64,000 nt of DNA, taken from contig NW_024704742.1 in assembly GCF_018977255.1 (NCBI RefSeq), forward strand, positions 43,588,001 through 43,652,000, written 5' to 3'. Position 1 is the first letter of the stretch; each line of letters opens with the position of its first letter. This DNA comes from Callorhinchus milii. Taxonomy: Eukaryota. The translations under genes were made by a program, and so were the position numbers. The notes under the pieces were generated by a model. The model did not search any database. It had not been told where the DNA came from and saw only the letters and a program-made list of their open reading frames with translations. Below, one piece after another: positions 34,686-44,555 of this stretch.

Positions 34686-35254
34686 TCTTTTAGGTGGTTC
34701 AATGGGTTAGGGACAGTTCTTTATCAAAGATAGAATCTGGATTTAATCCAGCCTTTCTGTTGGCTATTAGGATTATATATGATAATGCATTCAAGTAATC
34801 TTAGTGTAGTTTCTAGTAGACATATGCTAACAGTACGTAATTGTTCGTTTATTAAAAAATCTGTTTGAACGAGAAAAATGGCTGATCTGCAATCTGAAAC
34901 ATGGTGGTGTTGGCTCCAAGTTCAGTACATTTATCAACGGTGGCAGATAAGAACACTGTATTCACATGTGGTTCATACTTTCAAGAAGCATCCTTGGAAG
35001 CAGAGAGATAATGTTAGGATCAGAGCAGAGGGAACTTTACTGTTTTTAACAGCACTGGGTCAAATGGCCTGATTTCATAATACCATGTGCCATGGTTCTA
35101 GCCCTAATGGAGAGTGCAATGTTTGATGCCAACACTGGGTACCACAAAATAGACTTAGCATTTTCCAGAACTAACATCCCTTATCTCAATAAGCACATAA
35201 TTCACATACAAACATTCTACCTGATCTGATGTTTACCTGAGTAATCTCTTTCTA

Positions 35255-36425
35255 TTGGCGGCGGGCCTTCCGCCACTCCTCACCCACCCTCTGGAACTCC
35301 ATCCCGCAATCCTTCTGTTTTGCCCTCTCCCTCGCCACCTTCAAGACCCACCTGAAGACCCTCCTCTTCAACCGTGCTTTTGATCTCCCTGCTTCACCCC
35401 CTGCCCTCCTCCTCCCCCTCCCCGACCCCCAGCTCGGGTCCGTAACTCTGTCTGTTCAGCGCCTTGGGATGTCCTCTCAACATGAAAGGCGCTATACAAA
35501 TGTAATTTTGTTGTGGTTGTATAACAATTAAAGCACTCTTTGGGTTCACTGAACCATAGGTGCTTCATCGATATCAGCAATGATCCTTGGTGTATAGCTG
35601 GGATAAAATACTCCATAATATTTCTGTACACATTCCTTTTTAATCTTATACAAACCCAAGGATCTATTTTGACACGCTAACACTCAATTCTTATATCTTT
35701 ACCCAAGGAAGGGGAAACTTTAGTTTGATCCCCAACTATCCATCAAAACTAACAACCATGCTCTGCTTTTCCTCACTACCACATCAGCCCCTTGCCAGTT
35801 CCTTACCAGTTTGTGAGAAGCTGCATCACCTCCAGGCTCAATAACTGCATTGCCCTGTTCACTGGACGCCCCAGCTCCTCCCTACTCAAGCTGCAGACCA
35901 TCCAGAATGCTGCAGCTCACTTTTCCTCCTACATCCAGCTCAGTGAGGCCATCACCCCCATCCTCACTTGGTACCACTGCCTCCACAATCCTCCAGCAGT
36001 TTACATTTAAGATCTTCATCCTCACATTTAAATGTCTCTTGAACCACCCTCCCAAGTTGAAAGTCACTATATAAATGTAAATTGTTGTTACAAATGAAGA
36101 CTGGTCCTTTGGCTAAGGTACAGAAGGGCTGCTGACACAAATTTTGGCTGAGGCTAAACATTTTCTAATTCAACATCAACAAAACTGAGGTTATCCTGCT
36201 TGGCTCTTGTCAATGCATCTTCACCTCAGATGCTGACTGCATTGACCTCCCTGATTTTATTTGATTTTCAACTCAAGGCCCATCCCCCCTTCCCCTCCCC
36301 TCCCTTACCCCCCCAACCCCAGCTCATGTCTGAAATGCTGTACTCTGTCCAGTGACTTGGGACGTCCTCCTGACGTGAAAGGCGCTACACAAATGTAATC
36401 TTTTTGTTGTTGTTGTTGTTGTTAT
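35255..36425 (+). mobile_element. Cluster of short L2 3' fragments
   Basis: Two (TTG)n-tailed L2 ends (35255-35520 and ~36280-36425) and an ITSRLNNCIAL fragment. Confidence 0.75.
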
Positions 36426-37636
36426 TGATTACTCACTCCAACTCATGGAGCTGGGCAGCCTGTGACCTCAAAAATATTGTTTGACCTCGAACTCTCCAGG
36501 TTCTGGCTAAGTTCACCTTCCTCCATCTCCATCATATCAATGAGGATGACACCCAACTTTCTCTTTCTCCTTGATTCCATGACCACTACAGTTATGAAGT
36601 CAGAAGTCAGATCACTGCACTGTCAGAAATCGAGTCCTTATGATCTCTAACTTTCTCTGGTTGAATGTTTACAAGTCGGAGTCTCTCCTGCTAGGCACCA
36701 GTCAATACCTTCTTGCCTTGGACTTTGGCAGCATCAACCTCACAAATTTCAGCCACTTTGTCCCCTGCCTTTGGATATCTAGAGAAAGACAACATTTCTT
36801 TACACAGATGTTTGGAGTGCGCAATTCTCTATGAAAAATGCACATAATAAATAATAACCTTTGCATTTTGTGTAGAATTTCATATCAATTTTGTGTCAGA
36901 ATGATGGCACAAAGCACATGATTTTATTGTACATGTGGGTAAATGGGGCAGGTGATATACAGGCAGCAATGTTCCACAAACAGCCATCACATGAATGATC
37001 ATTTTTTTCTGAGGGATTGTTGGCCAGGAGACCAGGGGAATTACTAAGAATACTAATCACTTGCGGTATTACAAAGTCCCACCCAGAAATAACACTTTTT
37101 AACAAAAAATAAACAACTTTATGAAAGTTCTAAAATTAAAATGTTTGAATAAAACATGATTGAGTCTAATATGATAGCTCATAGTATTGATTTGTTTTAA
37201 AAAAAAACTAATTTCCATTCTAGATTTCCTTTAATACTAACACAGGGTGGCCAAATTGGAAGAACGCTTCACTTCCAGAAATAGCATTTCTTATTTTGAG
37301 CACAAAACGCAGCTCCATAAAATGTTATCTGACCAGAATATTTATTTCCTTCAACGTGTAAGAATCCTCTTTGGTTTTATTTATCCGTAGTTGCTTCACT
37401 GGTGTCAGACCAAGATCTCTTAAGTACTTCATAATTCATTTGGGCATGCGCTTTTCTATTTTAACCAACTCTAGGATCCTTTAAACATGCTATTTTATCA
37501 TTGAACTTCAGGCCTATGAAATGGAAAAATCAATCAGGGCTCCTGCAATAGTGGTTATGATGTAGCTTTCATGTAGTTTTCGGATGCGGATAGAATTTGC
37601 TCAGCTCCCCGCTTTCAGACACCTATTGATATTTAC

Positions 37637-37988
37637 CTAGAGCGGCAACCTGTGGCCTGCGGGGCCATCAAGAAGTAGCCCCCCAAAACTTCACACAAGT
37701 CTAGGTAAGTCTGTGGTCGATCAGTTGTGTGTTTTCATTTTTTTCTTGATTGATTGAATATTTCTTGAATATTTCTGCAGGCCATTGGATTAGACTAGTG
37801 CAGTGGCCTGTGGGGCATCAGTAAGTGGCCTGCCGAATACTCACACCAGTCCAGACAAGTCAGCGCCTAATCAATACCTTGTTTCCAGTAACTACTGAGC
37901 CGTAATACCCATGGCAAGGTCATAAATGAAAAAAAATTCAATGAAAAAAAATTATTTGGTTGGCTGACCAAAAGGTTAGCCACCACTG
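37637..37988. mobile_element. hAT/Charlie-like MITE remnant
   Basis: Left end ...gcggcaacctgtggcctgcggggcc and right end aaaaggttagccaccactg resemble hAT TIR and subterminal motifs; no TSD confirmed. Confidence 0.45.
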
Positions 37989-38009
37989 ATTTAGATCATA
38001 GGAACCTAA

Positions 38010-38330
38010 AAGGATTAGAGGAGCAAAGAGATCTGGGGATTCAGATCTGCAAACTCTGTAAGTAGTTATGTAGATAGAGAAAGCTATGTAAAAAAAAATG
38101 GGTCTTGGGTGTTATATCTGGAGGGATAGAATATTAAAGTGAAAAAGTGATGTTAAATTAATACAAAACCTTGGTTAGACCACATTTTGAATATTGTGCC
38201 CAATTCTGGTCTCCACACTACAAGAAGGATATTAGCAGCAATGGAGAGTACAGCATAGGTTTACAAAGATGATACCTGGGCTGGAAGGTTACTGCTTTCA
38301 GGATAGACTGGAGATGGGTAATATCATAGT
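38010..38330 (+). mobile_element. CR1 LINE fragment
   Basis: Encodes [25 protein letters not shown]. Confidence 0.85.
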
Positions 38331-40574
38331 ATGTTTGAATTAATATTGGTACATTAGCACAATAAAGAGCCATATTTATCGATTGTGTTTCCTTCGGGAA
38401 AAAGAAATTATTTTGGCACTGAGCCACTCTGACTATTCCAGCAGATTGAAAAGGCCCAAATTTGCTAGTACTATATTTATTAATTTAGTCACACCAGAAG
38501 AACACGGAGGCTAAAAAAAAAGCTGATTGGGCAATTTTTAACTATGCATATTCCCAAATTACCTATTTTCACCAGTCCAAACTTCCCTGGTTACTGGGTC
38601 ATTTTTTTAATCGCTGCGACCTATTGCAATGGCTGCTCTCAGCATTAATGTGGTGTAACGGGTTGCCAGGAAGGTTGGTTGACGTCAGAACACTGGTGTC
38701 ATTTAAAAAGCGTCTAGCTGCTCTGCTGGAAGGATGGTAGGGTGAGCATTCGGGAAGGATGAGATCAGATGGATTGAACAGCCTTCTTCACCCAAATTAA
38801 TCTTGTGATCGTTTGCATCTACAATCTGTGAATCAGTCTGCAGGTCACATTCTTTCCATGGATATTGTTTGATGATGGAAATAAAATTAAACCTATTCCG
38901 AAGATCATCGGTGTGGAATGCAGAGAGGCTCCTGTATGGTGAGAGAGGGTATTCGAGAGCATCAAGCACCAATAATCATACTTTTTTTAATAACAATAAT
39001 CTATTTTTGTTGAATGATTGGATGCAATACTTTTATTAAAAAAAACATGTTTATGGTAGGATGTTGTGGAAATATTTAAAGGTTTACTACTTGCTACCTA
39101 ACTCATTGTTTTTAACAATCCTGATAAAACTTGCAAATGCCTGGATTGAGACTTGTCAGCCGTCCTAATCCTACGGTCAGGCCACCAACACAAAGCTGTG
39201 AAAAGTCTGCCTGTTCATGTTATCCGATGCAGTAAAAACATTAGTACAGTGTTGGTAGAAAATACAGAGTCTCAATGACTTTTTGTTGGATGTTGCTGGC
39301 AGAAGATCATACCTGCTGCATGTAACTGAATAATAAAATTCTATGTCACATATACTTTATTATTTCCATATGATCATCCCAATCTTTGATTATTAATTTT
39401 AGGTTCTGTTTGGCTTTGATATGAAGGGAATGCCTGGCTGCCATTCAAAGAAAAATGGAATCTTTTTCCCAATTATCCTGGTTTATATTCTCCTCCTAAT
39501 ACAAAATACATTTCACCTGATATCCTAGCCAACAATCTCTCAGATAAAATTGGTCATGCTGTATGTGGGACATTGCTATGTGCAAAATTGACTGTCACAT
39601 TTGCCTACAAAATACAGTCGTTACACTTTAGAGATGTGTTCATGTGACTAAAGCAGATAAATTAAACTGCTGTGTTTGCTTTTTCATCAACATTCACTCT
39701 ATTTTGGATTAATTGTGTCAAATAAAAGTCTTTGAGACACTTATTCTTACGTAAAAGATGGTATATGAATATGAGTGAAAAGCTTTGTTGTGTTAGAAGG
39801 GCAATGTATAAGATTAATGTTATACAAAAACAATTAGTTGGGAATATTTCAAGGTTGTAACTCACTCCAGGGAAGAAATAGCAAGAGGGAATGTGATGTG
39901 GTAATGAGCCAATTTATTTAGTTCTTATAAAGAGCTGCTGAAAATTAGCTTCAAAATCAAGACTGAATTTAAGGATTTGCCAAAATTCAATAAGATCTGA
40001 CATTTTAAGAAGTGTATGACATTAAGAAAATCACACATGTTGAGATATCCCTTCAAATCCAAAGTCCTAATAGTATGCTGGTCCCAGCTGGACAAGCAGC
40101 AGGAACCTTGCCATACAGTGCTTTCAATGCAAGCTAAATTCTAACCAAATATTCATATGTTGGTGACATGTATGGAACTCCCAGTTGGTTTGGATACTCT
40201 TAAGCAAGGTGATAGGTTTCTTCATGTATCAGACACCTGGCTGACCAAAAAAAAAGCATTGAGATTTAAAACAATTTGGATTTTTCGGAGCCAGATGTTT
40301 CACAAATATTACAATTATGAAACTATTTGTGCTTTAACATTTGCACAGAAGGTTGGAGGTTTCCAGCAGCACTTTAATTAGTTTGTTTTATGTTTTCAGC
40401 TGGCTGGGACTAGTTTTTTTNAAGAATTCTATTTCCTTCCTACTGAATATTCAAGTTCCTTATCATTCGTGAATATAAACCTGTCAAACTGGCACGAGTC
40501 ACTGTGTAAGATTATATCGCTGTGCTCTGGCCATTACAACTATATAAAATGAACTAGTTCAGAACGTTGGCAGT

Positions 40575-41195
40575 TGTTTCCTTCCTTTCATCAGTCCACG
40601 ACCAAGGCTGCTTTTTGTCACCTTTGCAATATTGCGCTCCTCTTACACCAGGTGTCTCTTAAACCCTCATACACACCTTTGTTACCTTGCAGCTTGACTT
40701 CTCAAATGCACTCCTTGCTGGTCTTCTTAGTCCTACAATCCATCAATTCTAACTAATCCCAAACTCCCCCACCTACATCCTCAACTGCACCAAACCCCAC
40801 ATGGCCATGATCCTAGTCCTTGTCAGATTCCACTGGTGCCTTGGCTCCTAGTGGATCGACTTCAAAGTCCTCACCATGACCTATAAATCCTTTCACTTCC
40901 CTATGTCAGTGATCACCTATCCCACTCTTCTGCTCACCCTCTCCACTGGGCTAAATGAGGCCTGTCCCCACTCCCTCAGTGCCACCAATGATGGGTGAGC
41001 CTTCAGCTACTGTGTCTCTAATCTCTGGAACTCCCCATATTCTCCATTTCATCTCTTTATCTGTCTTTAAATCCTAAAAACCTAACTCAACCATGCTTGT
41101 GGTCACCTACCCTTTGCTAGGAGTCTGACTGTAATCTTGTGAAGTGCTCGGAGATGCTATGTTACTTGAAGGGCACTATATAAATACCAGTTGTA
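40575..41195 (+). mobile_element. Old L2 3' fragment abutting the upstream module of copy F
   Basis: Encodes AAFCHLCNIA; L2 tail gaagggcactatataaata. Confidence 0.7.
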
Positions 41196-41210
41196 ACAAA
41201 AACTGCTTAA

Positions 41211-41474
41211 TTCTTGTGGTTTCCCCTTCTCCCTTTAGTGAAACCCCAGTACAGATCTTTTGGAATTTCTGGAAAAAACAACTGTAAGTTACAAAAGCAG
41301 TTGTGTAAGCGCAAACAAATCAAAGTGCAGTGTGCATATCTCAAAGTTAAATTGTATGAAACCTATTACCCAGAGACAGTGAGCCTGGACTCAGACTTTG
41401 CTATTGAACACAAACAGAAGCGATCAGTTTGTCTACATCTAAGAAGAAGATTTGCCACTGAAGCCGAATCAATC
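41211..41474 (+). promoter_or_regulatory. Conserved upstream module of copy F with candidate splice acceptor
   Basis: ttcttgtggtttccccttctccctttAG (AG at 41237-41238), aagtgcagtgtgca and the shared leader. Confidence 0.45.
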
Positions 41475-42131
41475 ATGAAAAGCTCAGCATTGAATTTGTT
41501 GCTCTTACTGGTGGCTTTTGTGCAGCTATTTGTAGATGAATCAGAGTGTTGCCTTACCAACCACTGCAATAGGAAGAGGATTAATGATTTAACTGTCCAT
41601 CTGCTTCACCCATTAAGACCCCAGAGAAACCAGCCCACGTATGCCGTGTGTACAGTGAATCCAAGCAACACACTCAGATCTGACCAACCAGCTATAACAG
41701 GACGTGTTCTCTTCAAGCAAGACCATCCAACCAGCACTGTGGAAGGCTTCATCAACCTGAGCGGATTTCTAAGGCACCAAAGTTTGCATGCAATTCACGT
41801 CCATAAGTTCGGAGATCTGACCGATGGCTGCACCTCCACTGGTCCTCACTACAACCCCAATGGTGTGAACCACCCACTTCACCCTGGAGATTTCAACAAT
41901 TTTGCAACCAAATCTGGAAAAATTGTCCAGAGTCTCTCTAACCTCCAAGTGACGTTATTTGGATCTCGCTCGATTTTGGGCCGTGCGGTGGTAGTACACG
42001 CAGGTGAGGATGACCTCGGCACAGGTGGTAATGAGGGAAGCCTTCTGCATGGAAATTCTGGAGCGAGACTGGCGTGTTGTACAATCGGACTCAGCAAAGC
42101 TGACCTTTGGGATGCCACTGTGCACCAATGA
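41475..42131 (+). CDS. SOD3: SOD3-like copy F, 218 aa, canonical extracellular Cu/Zn superoxide dismutase, probable ortholog
   Basis: Signal peptide MKSSALNLLLLLVAFVQLFV; IHVHKFGDLTDGCTSTGPHYNP, HPLHPGDF, SILGRAVVVHAGEDDLG and GNSGARLACCTIG. All Cu/Zn ligands, the catalytic Arg and both Cys pairs are present. It is the copy nearest CCDC149. ATTAAA at 42258. Confidence 0.95.
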   Translation: MKSSALNLLLLLVAFVQLFVDESECCLTNHCNRKRINDLTVHLLHPLRPQRNQPTYAVCTVNPSNTLRSDQPAITGRVLFKQDHPTSTVEGFINLSGFLRHQSLHAIHVHKFGDLTDGCTSTGPHYNPNGVNHPLHPGDFNNFATKSGKIVQSLSNLQVTLFGSRSILGRAVVVHAGEDDLGTGGNEGSLLHGNSGARLACCTIGLSKADLWDATVHQ

Positions 42132-43323
42132 CCAAGTACACAATTTGCATGATTGTTTTCTTAAGTGAATATTACAGTAAAATTCACAAAAGTCTTATCT
42201 GTATAAATTGTATAATTGCCATAGTCATACAATTACCCAAGTCCTGTTGAATTTCCTATTAAATGCATTTTCATTTATCTGCACTAGTCTCTTCAACAAT
42301 CGCATAACTCATAACGCCACTACCGCACTTGCCGCTACCTAAGTTATCGTCGGTCGGTCAAAACTTTGTTTCCCGCGCCTACCTGAATGGAACACCACGC
42401 ATACTCAACCTGACACTCCCCGCATCCTCTCTCCCGGGGTGTAACATCAACGTCACTGCGCATGGCAGCGGGGGTTGAGGAGGCTGAGAGAGGAAAGATC
42501 ATGCGGAGAGGGCGAGGAATGTCTGATCCCATGGGGAGTGAAGGTGAGCCTTCACTGCCTGCACCGGCTTTGAAGCAGCGCACTGCTCTATGTGAGACAA
42601 TCACGGAAACCAAAGTCCTAACCTGCCATGCACAATTACTGGCTGCAATGCCAAAGGACCACATGCATAGCACAGAACAGTGAACAACTACGGAAGACGA
42701 GTCATCATGTTTTGACCAGCCATCATATCATTAAGCAATACAAATACCCCAACTAAATGCCCAACTAATCTCAAATTAGTGATAAGGACTTAGCCGTAGA
42801 AGTACCAAATTCTCCAATTTTACAAAAAATAAATCTTCCCCGCTTTCCCGCTTCTTGTCCAGCTAAGACCACCCTACCTGGGAGAACTTTGGCTTGCAGA
42901 GTTAACAGGAGCTTAATGGGATGATTCCTTGCCCCCAGAGACTGGTCTGCCTTTCCAAATCCTGCCGATGAGCCAGTGCTATAATAATGTGCTATAATCA
43001 GCTTCAGCATTCCATTGCCAAACATGTCACCTTGGGGCCAAGGAAACCCCACTTACTTCCCCCCATGCATGCCAACAAGGAGGATAGTCACTAATTGGTC
43101 GTTCGACATCCGTCAAGTGTGGGTTTGAGCCCTTAATAAGTGAACGGTAGGTACCAGGAACTCCCTGTGAGCTTCCCAGTGGGCAACACATCTCAGCTTG
43201 AAGATTTATGTTACAACAACAACTGGGATTTATATAATGCCCTTGGATGCAAACAAGGAAGGAGAGGGAGGAGGAGGAGGTCATAGGTGCAGTCAAAAAG
43301 TTAAGTTTTAAACTGGGATTTAA

Positions 43324-43454
<131 letters not shown>

Positions 43455-44177
43455 TAGGGGGTCAGGTAGAGGGATTAAAGCAAGCAGCAGAGTTTTGGAT
43501 GAGCTGGACCTTGTGGATGGTGGAACTGGGGAGACCAGTGAGAAGTGTGTTTGAGTGAAGTGAAGACGGAAGGCTCAGCTAAATTCAAGCAGATATCTAT
43601 GGATTCACAATAGGGATTGCAGGGCATTTTTGTGCTATGAGTTTGTACCCACTTGGAACCAAGTTGAATTTTACCACATTTATCTCATGTAGGATGAAAA
43701 TTGGAAAATATTTCTTCACACAGAAGGTTGTGAAAATACGGAATTCATTGTTCCAGAGGTCGTACAGGTCGTACAGGCAGAATAAACTGAGATGCTTAAA
43801 AGATGACAGATAGATAGTAATAGTATCAAAGGAAATGGGATTAAGATCTGACACGATTGAACAAACCTTACAATAGACTCAATGGACTGTCGGTTCTTCT
43901 TATACCCAACAGACAGAGGAGATATCCATCCCATTAGTTGGGACTGAAATGGGTCCCACAAATGAAAGAACAATGTATTACCCACCTTAGTCCCAAGCTC
44001 ACTTATTCATACATTCTAAACCAGATTTAAACGTATTCAGCTCCTTTTTCAGGACATTCATCTACTCAGCTTCAAATATTTTTGTTAGACGATTGATTAA
44101 CATATTTACTACTCTGTGAGGGAAATGCTTTTCTCTATTTTCATGCTTTGTTTGAACTCTAAAGATTACAAATCTTT

Positions 44178-44555
44178 ACAACAACACCTTGCACTTATAT
44201 AGCGCCCTGCACACAGGGTAACGTTTCAGAGCGCTTAACATTTGCGGAGTCTGACTCCGAGCCGGGGGGTGGGGTGGAAGTGCCGTAAGCACGGTCGAAC
44301 AGGAAAGATTTTAGTCGGGGACTTGCAAAAGGGAAGAGGGTGGACAAGGCAAAGGGATTGAGGGAGAGTGTTTCAGAGTTTCGGGGCGTAGTGACTGAAA
44401 GCGTATCCTTCAACGGTGGGGCGGAGGGTGCGCGGGACGAGCAGGAGGCCAGTGGCAGTCGAGCGGATGCTCTGGGTGGTGGAATGAGGAGTGAGGAGGT
44501 CGTAGAAGTAGGGAGGTACCAGAGAGTGAAGTTTAGTCGGAACTTTAAAGATTAG
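44178..44555 (-). mobile_element. L2 3' fragment
   Basis: L2 tail; translation LKSFLFDRAY. Confidence 0.75.

Noticed and set aside
41547..41570. CCLTNHCN resembles the Ly6/three-finger CCxxxxCN signature or a conotoxin-like peptide released at RKR
   Set aside because: The rest of an LU domain is absent, and KRINDL aligns with the ordinary SOD3 N-terminal helix.
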